Positions 1 to 16,160 of a DNA stretch of 64,000 nucleotides are shown here, one piece after another. The DNA lies in assembly GCF_009914755.1 (NCBI RefSeq), contig NC_060946.1; one strand, written 5' to 3'. The notes beneath the pieces are model-generated. The model was not told the DNA's origin, made no database searches, and was given only the letters and a program-made list of their open reading frames with translations. The position numbers and the translations under genes were made by a program. The stretch comes from the human T2T-CHM13v2.0 reference genome, Homo sapiens. Position 1 is the first letter of the stretch; the number at the start of each line of letters is the position of its first letter.

Positions 1-1290
1 GCACAGCAGAAGAAATAATCAGCAGAGGTCTGGCACAGACACTCACACCTGTAATCCCAGCACTTTGGGAGGCTGAGGCAAGCAGATCACTTGAGGTCAG
101 GAGTTCGAGACCAGCCTGGCCAACATGGTGAAACCCCATCTCTACTAAAAATACAAAAATTAACCGGGTGTGGTGGCACACACCTGTCATCCCAGCTACT
201 AGGGAGGCTGAGGCAGGAGAATCACTTGAACCTGGGAGGCGGAGGTTGCTGTGAGCCGAGATTGTACCACTCTACTCCAGCCTGGGTAACAGAGTGAGAC
301 TCCGTCTTTTAAAAGGAAAAAAAAAGAAAGAAATAATCAGCAAAGTTAACAGACAATCCACGGAGTGAGAAAAAGTCTTCGCAATCTATATATCCAACAA
401 AGGACTAATATTCAGAATCTATGCAGAACTCAAACAAATCAGCAAGAAAAAAACAATCCCATCAAAAAGTGAGCTGAAGACATAAATAGACAATTCTCAA
501 AAGAAGATATACAAATGGCCAACAAGCATATGGAAAAATGCTCAACATCACTAATTATCAGGGAAATGCAAATCAAAACCACAATGTAATACCACCTCAC
601 TCCTGCAAGAATAGCCATAATGAAAAAATAATAGATGTTGGCATGGATGTAGTGAAAAGGGACCACTTTTACACTGTTGGTGGGAATGTAAACCAGTACA
701 ATCACTAGGGAAAACAGTGTGGAGACTCATTAAACAACTAAAAGTAGATCTACCGTTTGATCCAGCAATCCCATTACTAGGTATCTACCCAGAGGAAAAG
801 AAGTCATTATGCAAAAAGATACTTGCACACCTATGTTTATAGCAGCACAATTTCTAATTGCAAAAATACGGAACCAGCCCAAATGCCCATCAATCAATGA
901 GCAGATAAAGAAAATGTGGTATATTTTATACCATGGAATACTACTCAGCCATAAAAAGGAATGAAATAATGGCATTTGCAGCAACCTGAATGGAATTGGA
1001 GACTATTATTCTAGGTGAAGTAACTCAGGAATGGAAAACCAAACATTGTATGTTCTCACTCATATGTGGGAGCTAAGCTATGAGGACACAAAGGCATAAG
1101 AATGATACATTGGACTTTGGGGATTACAGGGAAAGGGTGGGGGGTGCTGAGGGATAAAAGACTACACTTTGGGCATGCTGCTCGGGCGATGGGTGCACCA
1201 AAAATCTCAGAAATCGCCACTAAAGTACTTATTAATGTAACCAAACACCAACTGTTCCCCAAAAACCTATTGAAATAAATTTTTAAATGC
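1..1290 (+). mobile_element. L1PB-like LINE-1 3' portion (ORF2 end + 3' UTR), interrupted by an Alu at 27-328
   Basis: ORF2 C-terminal sequence (aaatgcaaatcaaaaccacaatg) and L1PB-type 3' end (gggataaaagactacac...aaaaacctattgaaataaa). Confidence 0.9.
27..328 (+). mobile_element. AluS
   Basis: Dimeric Alu with A-tail; TSD agaaataatcagca at 11-24 and 329-342. Confidence 0.95.
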
Positions 1291-1465
1291 AATATTTTAG
1301 TTATGTCTTTTTTAATCCCACAAATTAGATGCTACTCTTTTATACAGATAATTCTTATTTACATTTATCCACATGTTTACTAATTTTGTTGCTCATCATC
1401 ATATATCAGACTTTTCTGAGATCATTTTCCTTCGCCATAAAATATACCCTTTAGTGAAGGGTTCA

Positions 1466-3560
<2,095 letters not shown>

Positions 3561-3813
3561 GGTTCCTATAACCTAACTTGTCTGTTATTCTTCCGAAGGT
3601 GAAATACCCAAATCCTTTCCTTATCTATGCTCATCTTTTACTTGATAAATAATTCCAGAGGAACTATCATGGACTAATTTAACATTTATCATAAGTAATT
3701 TGTTATTCAGAGTTCATTTACATGGTAAGATGTAAACTGTCACCAAGAAACCAAAAATGTTGGGGTATTTTTGTCAAGTAGTACCTCACTGATGTGGATA
3801 AAGTGAGGATTCA

Positions 3814-4499
<686 letters not shown>

Positions 4500-6188
4500 T
4501 TATTTATTTCCAAGTGAATGATGACCCAAAAAGAGTTGATATGTAGAGGGCCTGCTCAAAAATGACTGCTTGAAAATGGTTCACATGATTTCATTAATCA
4601 TGCATGCCCCTAGATATCTTTATCTTATCCATATGCTTAGAAACAGTTTTTCTACAAAGATCAATTGATATGCCCTAATCCAAAATGTCAGTTAAAATGT
4701 CATTAGTTTCACTTAGCCAAACTTGTACAACCAAGATCAGTTCAAATAATACTAAAAATCTCAGTCTCCAAAGAATCCGAAAGTACTCCAGCCACAGTAA
4801 CTTCAGTTTTTTATTTACTCATTCGAGTACTATAGTTTTTAAAGTTCAATCATTTACGAAGTTAAACTTAAGACCTATAACATTCAGCCCATACCCAATT
4901 ACCAAGTCTACTAATTCTGCCTGCTGAATTTATCTACCACACTCCATCCCAACTGCCACCACCCCGGCCTAAGACAATATTTATCATTTCTCCCCTAAGT
5001 AGAGCAACAGCATCTATTTCCCCACCTACAGTCTTGCCTCTCTGTAGTCCATCATCCATCCTATAACCAAAGTGGTCTTTCTTCAGGACATAATCTTAGT
5101 ATTTGACACAACGGGTCATTCTCTCCTTCACTTAGCTTCTAGGATATCACGTTCTCCAGTTTTTTCTCTTACCACATTCGCTGCTCCTCCTCAGGCTCCT
5201 TTGCTGATATTCCCATCTTTTCCTAAATTCTGAATGTTGAAGTGCCACAAGACTCAGTCCTCAGTCTTCTCTCTTCTATACAAACACTCTCTAAGTATCT
5301 CATCAAGTTTTATTATGGCTTTAACTACCACCTATGTGCTGGCAAATCTCAGATTTATAGCTTGAGCCCTGATCTCTCCCATGGGCCCAAATACCTATTT
5401 GTCTTCTCCAATTGGATGTCTAAGAGGAATCTCAAATTTAATATCTAAAACAGAACTCTTGGCTTTGTATTACTCCCCTCCAAAAAAAGAATTTCTCCTT
5501 CATTCCTTCCTGTCTCAGAACTGGCATCAGCATTCACCCAGCAGCACAGGTTAAGGACCTCTGAGTCATCCTTGATTCCTCGCTTTCTTTCACAACCCAA
5601 ATTCAAATCCCTCCAAATCCTACTTGATGCTATCTGGAAAACATATCCTAAATCCAGCTGTTTTTACCACCTCAACAGTTATCACCCTAGTCTAAGTTAT
5701 CATTTCTTTCCTGGATTGCAGCAACAGCGCTCTAATTGACCTTCCTGCTTCTAGCCTTACCACTTTTTACTTATTCTCTGCCAGCCACCAGAATGACCTT
5801 TCCAAAACATAAGTCACTTTGGTTCCCTGCTCAAAACTTTCCAATGGCTTCTAATCATATTTAAAATAAAATCCAACATCTTATCATGGCTTACAAGGTC
5901 CTGTAACTTATGACTTGGGCCCTCCTACCTCTCTGACCTCATCTCTTATCTCTCTTCACACTCACAAACTTTCTGCAGTTTTTCCCATACATAATCATTC
6001 CCACCCAAGGAACTGTCTGTTTTCTCTTCCTGGGACATGCTTTCCCCAGATCTTCATATGACTCACTTCCTTACTTCATTCAGGTCTCTGCTCAAATGTT
6101 ACCTAATCAAAGAGGCCTTCTCAGATGACCTCCTCAGGGTGAACTTCCCTGACATTTCTACCTAAAATTGCTACCTCTCCTTCATTTT

Positions 6189-6494
6189 CTTTTTTTTGTT
6201 TGTTTGTTTGTTTGAGACAGAGTCTCCCTCTGTCACCCAGGCTGGAGTGCAGTGGCATGTCTCGGCTCACTCCAACCTCCTCCTCCTGGGTTCAAGTGAT
6301 TCTCCTGCCTCAGCCTCCCAAGTAGCTGGGACAACAGGCACCCGCCACCATGCCCAGCTAATTTTTGTAATTTTAGTAGAGATAGGGTTTCACCATGTTG
6401 GCCAGGCTGGTCTCGAGCTCCTGACCTCAAGTGATCTGCCCACCTCGGCCTCCCAATGTGCTGGGATTACAGGCATGAGCCACCATGCCTGGCC
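6189..6494 (-). mobile_element. AluS (antisense)
   Basis: Poly-T/(tttg)n then reverse Alu; TSD tctccttcatttt. Confidence 0.95.
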
Positions 6495-6509
6495 TCTCTC
6501 CTTCATTTT

Positions 6510-6812
6510 CTTTTTTTTTTTTTTTTTTGAGACGGAGTCTCGCTCAGTCACCCAGGCTGGAGTGCAGTGGCGCAATCTAGGCTCACTGCAAGCTCCGCCT
6601 CCCGGGTTCATGCCATTCTCCTGCCTCAGCCTCCAGAGTAGCTGGGACTACAGGCACCCACCGCCACGCCCGGCCAATTTTTTTTTGTATTTTTAGTAGA
6701 GACGGGGTTTCACCGTGTTGGCCAGGATGGTCTTGATCTCCTGACCTTGTGATCCACCCACCTCGGCCTCCCAAAGTGCTGGGATTACAGGCGTGAGACA
6801 CCACGCCCGGCC
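6510..6812 (-). mobile_element. AluY/AluSc8-like (antisense)
   Basis: Diagnostic actgcaagctccgcc and ttcatgccattctcc; TSD tctccttcatttt. Confidence 0.9.
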
Positions 6813-7710
6813 ATCTCCTTCATTTTATAACTCCTTACATGACTTTGTTTCTTCTATAGCACTTAAGGTTACTGAAAATATACTTTATATTTATTTGTCT
6901 GTTTCCTGCATAGAAGGAAAATTGCAGAAGGCAGGGACTCTGTCATGATCACTTCTAGATCCCCAGTGTCTAGAACAGCACTTGACATGCAGTAGGTATT
7001 TAATAGATATAATGTCATTCCCCTGTGAAAAACACCTCAACAGTTCCCCATCGCCTCTTAGGTAAATTCCAACCTATTTAACATGAATTATAAAACCCAT
7101 TGTGATATGGTTCCTGCCTCAACTGGAACCACTGTTTTCACACTCTCAATGCTAAGCCTGGAACATTCTTCCATATCCTTTCCTCCTCATACTTAGCTAA
7201 CCCTTACTTATGCTTTCAACTCTCGTCTTAAATAGTACTTCAGAAAGGCTTTTTTTTAAATCATTCAACTAGGTTTACTATGATTAATCTCCTTGCCATA
7301 TTTTCTTATAGTAGTTTGTCTTTTCTCTATCATAAAGTATTAATTTTGTAATTACTCAGTATGTTGGCCCTGACAAAATACATATTCCTTGAAGGCAGTG
7401 ACTATGTCTGATTTGTATACCATTATATCTCTACTATCTAACACAGTATTTGACACATATGGCATACTCAAATACTTATGGAATTCCCAAGTGAATCATG
7501 AAAATTCACACTCACACAAAAAGGTGAATTAGACACTTAGATCACCTTTAAAATACTAAAGCATAGTAATTAAGTACTTTGAATATAAGTAATGAGGAAA
7601 AAAATTGCATGGAAAACAAAATTATGTAGTACATGGAGAAGAGAATAAAAAATATAACCACTCTCTTTCAGGCTAACGAAAAATGGCTTCCTAGAGGACT
7701 AGCCATAGCA

Positions 7711-7761
7711 ATGCTTTCAATTTCTCCATTATAGATGCTTTCAATTTCTCCATTATAGATG
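7711..7761. repeat. Perfect 24-bp tandem duplication
   Basis: atgctttcaatttctccattatag x2, then atg. Confidence 0.95.
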
Positions 7762-7839
7762 TATAAAAGTATAGGTGTTTGAGCAAAACAAAAGTTATTT
7801 TTCTGTTTCTGATGTGTAAAGGTGAGTTTTAGAGACACT

Positions 7840-8165
7840 GTCATGAAGACTAGCTGGTGCTGGTATTTCTGAGAGGACAAGGTAAGGTTGGGTCCAAGGA
7901 CAGTAAAATACAGAGTCTCAAACCAATTGCCACTGCCAGGGTGAAGAACCACCGTAGAAGTGAAACTAACACACAATAAGTAAACAAGAATGAGCATGTA
8001 CCTTCTCCTATTTTTTGACTTCCATTATCTAAGCACCTTGTACTGGTAGAAGGGAGTAGCTGAAAAAAAAAGAAATGTAGTTTGTCCAGTCCCACACTAG
8101 TAACATAAAGAGAATAGAAGGGCAGGTTTGGAGCTGACAAACAATAGCTAAACAACCAGCTCACA
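7840..8165 (-). mobile_element. LTR33-like ERVL LTR fragment
   Basis: agaagggcaggtttggagctgacaaacaatagctaaacaaccagc resembles the antisense LTR33 terminus. Confidence 0.55.
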
Positions 8166-8277
8166 AATCTTACCATCAAAAATTGCCAAAAGCACAAAAG
8201 AAGTCTTGCCTTCTGACATGAAAGTCAATTACTTCATCAGAGGAAGGGTTTTGAAGTGTTTTAAGATAGACAGAAAT

Positions 8278-8580
8278 GGGCCAGCACAGTGGCTCATGCC
8301 TGTAATCCCAGCATTTTGGGAGGCTGAGGCAGACGGATCACTTGAGTTCAGGAGTTTGAGACCAGCCTGGGCAACATAGCAAAACCCTGTCTCTACAAAA
8401 AATACAAATATTTGCCAGGTGTGGTGGCGTGTACCTGTAGTCCCAGCTACTTAGGAGGGTGAGGCAGGAGGGTCGCTTGAGCTCAGGAGGCAGAGGTTGC
8501 AGTGACCTGAGATGGAGCCACTACACTCCAACCTGGGTGACAGGGCCAGACTCTGCCTCAAAATAATAAGAAGAAGAATA
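8278..8580 (+). mobile_element. AluJ
   Basis: Dimer with J-type gagggtcgcttgagc. Confidence 0.9.
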
Positions 8581-8954
8581 AGATAGAAAAAATATACAAA
8601 AAATAGAATCTATAGAAATATTTTAAACTAACATTTTTTTAAAGTTTTTTGCTCAATGACCTTACATTGAAAATGTATATTTGTCATCCCTTTCTTACTG
8701 CCACAGAAAATGTCAATGATGCTATGAACTTGCTAAAGATAACCTGATTGACTTGAGGAAAGAGAAATTAATATAAAATAAATTTAAATCAAAAGTCTTC
8801 TAAATTTCTTGGATTCCTTCATATAAGGTAAGTAATTCTTGGCAAAGCAAATAAGAACTGCAGTGATTTGCTTTGCAACCATATACCTGTGTGAGTCAAT
8901 TGTAAGAACTGCTTAATAATTCTTATCATCAAAACCAAAGATTAATCCAAAGAA

Positions 8955-9740
8955 GATAAACAGCAACAAGCACATGAAATGATGTTCAACATCATTAGTT
9001 GATTTGCATCAATCAATGCAAATCAAAACCACAATAAGGTACCACCTTACACCTACTAGACTGACTATAATTTTAAAAATGGAAAATAAAAAGTGTTGGT
9101 TATGGAGAAATTGGAACCCTTGTAGATTGCTGGTGGGATGTAAAATGATGCAACTGCTGTAGAAAAAAGTCTGACAGTTTCCCAAAGAGTCAAACATAGA
9201 ATTACTATATAAGTCAGCAATTCCATGCCTAGGTATATACCCAAAAGAAGTGAAACTCAAACAAATACATGTACATACATGTTCGTGACAGCATTATTAT
9301 TCACAATAGCCAAAAGGTGAAAACAGCCCAACTGTCCATTAACGAATGAATGGATAAATGAATTGTAATATACACACACAAAGAAATATTATTCAGCAAT
9401 AAAAAGGAATGTAGTACACTATAATGTACATGAACCTCCAAAACATTACACTAAGTGCAAGAAACCAGATACAAATAATCACATATTACATGACTCTGTT
9501 TATATTAAATACCCAGAATAGGTAAATCTACAGAATGTAGATTGGTGGTTGCCAGGGGCTGATGGAAGAGGAAATGGGGAGCAAATGCTTAATGCATATG
9601 GGACTTCCTTTTGGGGCGATGAAAATGTTTTGGAACTAAAGTTGGCTGCTGTATAATATTGTGAATACACTAAATCCCATGAATTGTTTACTTTAAAATG
9701 ATTAATTTTGAGTAATGTCAATTTTACTTCAATTATTTAA
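8955..9740 (+). mobile_element. L1MB-like 3' fragment
   Basis: ORF2 end plus gattggtggttgccaggggctg...gatgaaaatgttttggaacta...tactttaaaatg. Confidence 0.85.
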
Positions 9741-10254
9741 GTGTAAAATTTTTTAATAAATAATATTTTAAACTTAAGGTTGAAATCAGATGTCAAAGAT
9801 CTTACAAGATCTTACAAGATACCACATCAAACTTCAGAAAATACTTTTTAATTTTAGTGACTTTTCCACCACTAAATTCAGACTTTTGTTTTATTTGTCC
9901 AATTTGGTTTTATTTCAATTTTTAAAGAAAGTAACCATTAATTTACTAATTTTTACATTATAATGACACTAACATATTATAGATAGTTGTTATATTTTTG
10001 TCTGTGATAGCAGTATTCCGTGGTTTTCCACCCCACTCTGAACATCTCAACAATACTATACAGTGCATTGAGAATAGTGGCTCACTGTAACAATGATTAT
10101 CAAATATCTAGGTATACCTATCTAACAAGATATATTAGAATACTTCAAGGAACCCCAGATCATTCTGATCCCTCTCCTCTCCCCACGTTACACAACCCCC
10201 AATCATCTTACCTGGCCCCACCTCTGCTATCAATCTTGAGAACCACTGGTCTCA

Positions 10255-10362
10255 ATTTATATATAATTTATAATTTTTTATATATTTTATATATATTTTA
10301 TATATAAATTTATAATTTATTATATAAATAAATTTATATGTAATTTATATATAAATTATATA
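10255..10362. repeat. AT-rich low-complexity tract
   Basis: Almost exclusively A/T (tatataaatttataatttat...). Confidence 0.9.
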
Positions 10363-12237
10363 ATTCCAATGCAAAAAAATGAAAGTAAAAACAAATGTGT
10401 TTATGTACTATTTGGGGGTGGGAGGAGGGAGGCACAGGAAGGGAAGTTGACCAATAGCCATCATCAGATTCTCAAAGAGGAATATGACTGCCTGCCAAAA
10501 GTGAAGATCCCTACTATATTCGATGAGGCTCATTCACATACAGTACAGTTCTCTAGGTTAACAACTTAATAATCTACAGCAGAAACCAAGTATTACTCTC
10601 ATAAGCTGGGAAGACAATAGAAACAATATACCTAGGTAAGACATGGCTATGCTCCCTATGTCCCCAGAAAAAAAAATTAAGAAAAATTTTAATCTACCCA
10701 AGTTTCCACATGAAATTAAACTGCACCAAAATGTACCAAAGAGGCTACTTTATGATTCCTGAAAAGGATATTAAAGAAAAAGTAACATATAGTACTTAGA
10801 GTGTTTAGTCCTGAAGTGCTAGAACACTATCAAAAGGGATTCCTTGATTACACATTTTGATATATTCTGCACACACATATTCACATAATCCATCTTTCAA
10901 AGAACGAGATCAAATCCAAGAGTTCCCAAATGAAAAACAGCTATAATGAAATCTGCACTTCCCAGCCAAGCTCTGGAAATGTCATAAGACTATAAAAAGA
11001 GTTCTTTACTAACTGCTTACTAATTTCAAATTTTGTTTTCAGATTACATTTCACAAATCATAACTGAGAATGGCTGATTCAAGTTTGGAAAAGTATATTT
11101 ACTATTAAAGATGGAAAAAATTAGAAGGGCTGAAATCATTTTTAAAAGAGATGACAAAATTTTTCCTGCTATATAATGAAATGATTAATTAATATAACTA
11201 GAATAATATTTTTAGATTTTCCCTTAATGGAAAATATTTTTCCTTATACCACATCTGCCATTATGTCTCCAGTTAGGGGGCTGGGACAAACACTACTTTG
11301 GAAAAGAAAGGGCTATGAAATAAAGGACCTTCCAAACACAGGGGGAAAGTGGAAAGCTTACTCCATTTATCCCTAGTAGGTAAACAAGGGAAAAATCAAA
11401 AGTAGGAGAGAGTTTTGCCTAGCTCCACATGTGAAACACTGCATCTAGACCATCATGTAGGATGGTCCTGGGACAATATGGTTTGGGGGGAGGAATAACA
11501 GCCTTAGCAGAGGAAACAAATGGGCTTGGGTCAATACCCTGCTTTTGTATGGCCTCCATATATAGAGAGAATCCATTAGTTCTATAAGCTCCTAAGGGAC
11601 AGAGAAACCAGTTCCATTTAGGCAGTCAAAACAGTTCAGGACAAGACTAGAGAAGCTTTGTAGAGCACATACTCCTTAATGACTGGCCACAATTCCAAGA
11701 CACACTCTATCATCATCACAAAATCACATAGGGACGACCCTGTAGCAGTTAAAACAGCATACTGAGGCACAGTGGAGGGAAAAGGAAAGGGAGGATACCC
11801 GAAAGACTGAGCATATACCTGAAAGAAGCTGAATTCCCTAATGAGAAAGACGTTAACTGGCAAATTTAAGCTAATACCTTAAGCCTCTCCTTGCCTACCA
11901 CTACTGTAACTGAGTAACAGGCTTGTGAAAGATTAGAGCCACTACAAAAAATAAGGAAGCTATATTTTCTTTGAACTTTGAATGCTCGAAGAGAAATTTT
12001 CAACTGTGCTACATGAACAATAAGTTCATTGATTTCTCTTTCATTCCCTTTAAACATCAATCAAGATTTTAAAATACTATCATTAATATCCTCAGATAAG
12101 ACACTGCATCAATAAAACAAAGAGAGTAATTTTAAAAATAAAAAAAAGAACAAAGAGAAAAAAAGTTCTTGAAAATCAGAAATAAGAAAGCAAAAATAAA
12201 CTCAATAAAAGGACTGGAAGATAAAACAGAAAATATT

Positions 12238-12843
<606 letters not shown>

Positions 12844-12904
12844 ATATATATATACACACTCACATATATACACACATATACATACACACACACACCACAC
12901 GCAT

Positions 12905-12958
<54 letters not shown>
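12844..12958. repeat. (TA)n/(CA)n compound microsatellite
   Basis: Follows the Alu tail; ends in a long pure (TA)n. Confidence 0.95.
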
Positions 12959-12961
<3 letters not shown>

Positions 12962-13797
12962 TTTACCTATTAATGATTAGGATTCAGAACAGCTTGCAAT
13001 TGAAAAAAAGGCAACCAAGGCAGAAACCAAGCAAAATTTGAAGGAAAATTATTTCTAACCTAGCATTCTATAACAAGTCAAACTATCAAGAATTAGGCAG
13101 AAGAAAAAGGTATTTTTCAGACTTGTGGCATTCCCATTCACCCTTTCTCGGGAAGCTGCTTGAGAAAGTATACCACCAAAACAAGGGAATAAATAAAGAA
13201 TGAAGAAGATATGGAATCAAAAACCAGAATTCAACGCAAAACATAGGCAAAGGGAATTTTCAGACTGATGAGGAAGGGAGATTTTAAGATGAAAAACTGC
13301 ATAAGGGGAACGAGCGCTCAATCCTAATTAAACCCAATCAGAAAAGGTGTCATCAAGAAGACATTTACAAAATACTCAACGTGTTTCAAATGTAATGAGA
13401 GGGAAGTTTAGATAATTGGGGAACAATTTAAAAATGAATTTGTGATAAATACATAGAAAACAAAAAAGGGGGAAGAATGATTATTAATTCAGGGGAAAAC
13501 AAGGTTTTACAAGAAAGGAAAAGTTATCATGGTATACCAAATGATTCAGCTGTGAACTGCATTTTCAGAGTAATACTAATATAAACAATTCTAACAAGAA
13601 TTATGATATAATTACATTGGGAGAATGAAAGTACGGAAAGTGTGCATATGTGCCAGAAAAGGGGAAAAGAGTTAAATCCTCATCTTTCATTGCAGGAAGA
13701 CATTGGATAACACTTTAAGAAGTAACAGCAAAGGTGGTGATTGTTGCACAATAATGTGAATATGGTTAATGCCCCATAAACTTTAAAATGGTTAAAA

Positions 13798-14603
13798 GGA
13801 AGTCCTAGCCAGAGCAATCAGACAAGAGAAAGAAATAAAAGACATACAAATAGGAAGAGAAGTCAAACTATCTCTCTTCACAGATGATATGATGCTATAC
13901 CCACAAAACCCTGTAGTCTCTGTCTAAAGGCTCCTAGATCTGATAACTAACTTCAGCAAAGTTTCAGGATACAAAATCAATGTTCAAAAATCAGCAGCAT
14001 TTCTATACACTAATAATGTCCTAGCTAAGAGCCAAATCAAGAATGCAATCCCATTCACAAAATGGGATAAAATACCAAGGAATACAGCTAACCAGGGAGG
14101 CAAAAGAGCTCTACAATGAGAATGACAAAACATGCTGAACAAAATTAGAGATGATACAAATAAATGGAAAAACATTCCATGCTCATGAATAAGAGTCGAT
14201 ACTGTTAAAATGGTCATACTGCCCAAAGCAATTTACAGATTTAATGCTATTCCTATCAAACTATCAATACCTTTTTCACAGAATTAGAAAACACCTATTC
14301 TAAAATTCACATGGGCCAGGCACGGTGACTTACGCCTGTAATCCCAGCACTTTGGGAGGCCAAGGCGAGCAGATCACCTGAGGTCAGGAGTTCGACACCA
14401 GCCTTGCCAATATGGTGAAACCCCATCTCTACTAAAAATACAAAAATTAGACAGGCATGGTGGCGCACACCTGTAATCCCTGCTACCCGGGAGGCTGAGG
14501 CAGGAGAATCACTTGAACCAGGAGGCAGAGGTTGCAGTGAGCTGAGATTGTGCCACTGCACTCCAGCCTGGGCAACAAGAGTGAGACTCTGTTCTGTCTC
14601 AAA

Positions 14604-14650
<47 letters not shown>

Positions 14651-16160
14651 AATTCACATGGAGCCAAAAAAGAGCCTGAATAGCCAAAACAATCCCAAGT
14701 AAAAAGAACAGAGCCAGGCAAATGACATTACCCAGCTTCAAACAATACGACAAGGCTACAGTAACCAAAACAACATGATATCAAACAACATGATACTGGT
14801 ACAAAAACAGACACATATACAATGGAGCAGGTTAGAGAATCCAGAAATAAAGCCACACACCTACAACCATCTGATCTTAGACAAAGATGACAATAACAAG
14901 TAATGGGAAAAGGACTCCCTATTCAATAAATGGTGCTACAGTAACTGGCTAGTCATATGCAGAAGATTGAAAGTGGAACCCTTCCTTACACCAAATACAA
15001 AAATCAACTCAAGATGGATTAAAGACTTAAATGTAAAACCTAAAACTATAAAACCCATAGAAAAAAAAACCTAGGAAATACCATTCTGGACATCAGCCCT
15101 AGCAAAGATTTCATGATGAAGACTCCAAAAGCAATTGCAACAAAAGCAAAAAATTGGCAAGTGGGACCTAATTAAACTAAGGAGCTTCTGCACAGTAAAA
15201 GAAACTATCAATAGAGTAAACACACAACCTACAGAATGGGAGAAAATGTTTGCAAACTATGCATCTAACAATGGCCTAATGTCTAAGATCTATAAGGAAC
15301 TTAAATCAACAAGCAACAAACAACCTCATTTAAAAATGGGCAGAGGACATGAACAGACACTTTTCGAAAGAAGACATATACGTGACCAACAAGCATATTA
15401 AAAAATGCTCAACATCACTGATCATTAGAGAAATGCAAATCAAAACCACAGTGAGATACCATCTCACACCAGTCAGAATGGCTATTATTAAAAAGTCAAA
15501 ACATAACAGATGTTGACGAGGCTGCAGAGAAAAGGGAATGATTAACATAGTTAATGGGTATGTAAATTATTAATAGTTCAGGCACTATGCAAAGCAGTTT
15601 GGAGATTTCTCAAATAACTTAAAATAGAACTACTATTCAACACAGCAATCCCATGACTGGGTATATAACTAAAGGAATTCAAAATTCTAACATAAAGACA
15701 CATGCACATGTATGTTCACTGCAGCACTGTTCACAATAGCAAAGATATGGAATCAACCTAGATGCCCATCAATGGTGGACAAGATAAAGAAAATATAAAT
15801 TCCATACACCATGGTATACTATGCAGCCTTAAAAAAAGAATGAAATCATGCCCTCTGCAGCAACATGGATGGAGCTGGAGGCCATCATTCTAAGCAGGAA
15901 CAGAAAACCAAATACCACGTGTTCTCATGTATAAGTGGGAGCTAAACACTGAATACACATGAACACAAAGAAGGGAACAACAGACACTGGGGCCTGCTTG
16001 AGGTTTGAGGGTGGGAGGAGAGTGAGGATCAGAAAACTACCTATTGGGTGCTATGTTTATTACCTAGGTGATGAAATAATCTGTAAACCAAAGCAATGTG
16101 ACATGTAATTTACCCATGTAACATGTACCCCCAATCCTAAAATAAAAGTTGGAAAGAAAA
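13798..16160 (+). mobile_element. 5'-truncated L1PA15/16-like LINE-1
   Basis: ORF2 RT-to-C-terminal sequence; 3' UTR gagggtgggaggagagtgaggatcagaaaactacctatt; TSD about aaacttt(a/t)aatggttaaaa. Confidence 0.88.
14314..14647 (+). mobile_element. AluS with (TAAA)n tail, inside the L1
   Basis: TSD taaaattcacatg at 14301-14313 and 14648-14660. Confidence 0.95.

Larger units (their letters stand above)
4905..7495 (+). mobile_element. L2 fragments (nested L2a/L2c-like), interrupted by two Alus
   Basis: L2 motifs gagtcatccttgattcct, tcaggtctctgctcaaatgttacct, and 3' ends ccagtgtctagaacagcacttgacatgcagtagg / acacatatggcatactcaaatac. Confidence 0.8.

Noticed and set aside
6196-6696. 166-aa ORF and the many similar ORFs ([22 protein letters not shown])
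   Set aside because: Standard Alu translations
9796-9820. aagatcttac tandem duplication
   Set aside because: Trivial 10-bp slippage
11636-11863. Minus ORF with an acceptor-like ttctttcag|GTATATG
   Set aside because: No convincing donor and no recognisable protein
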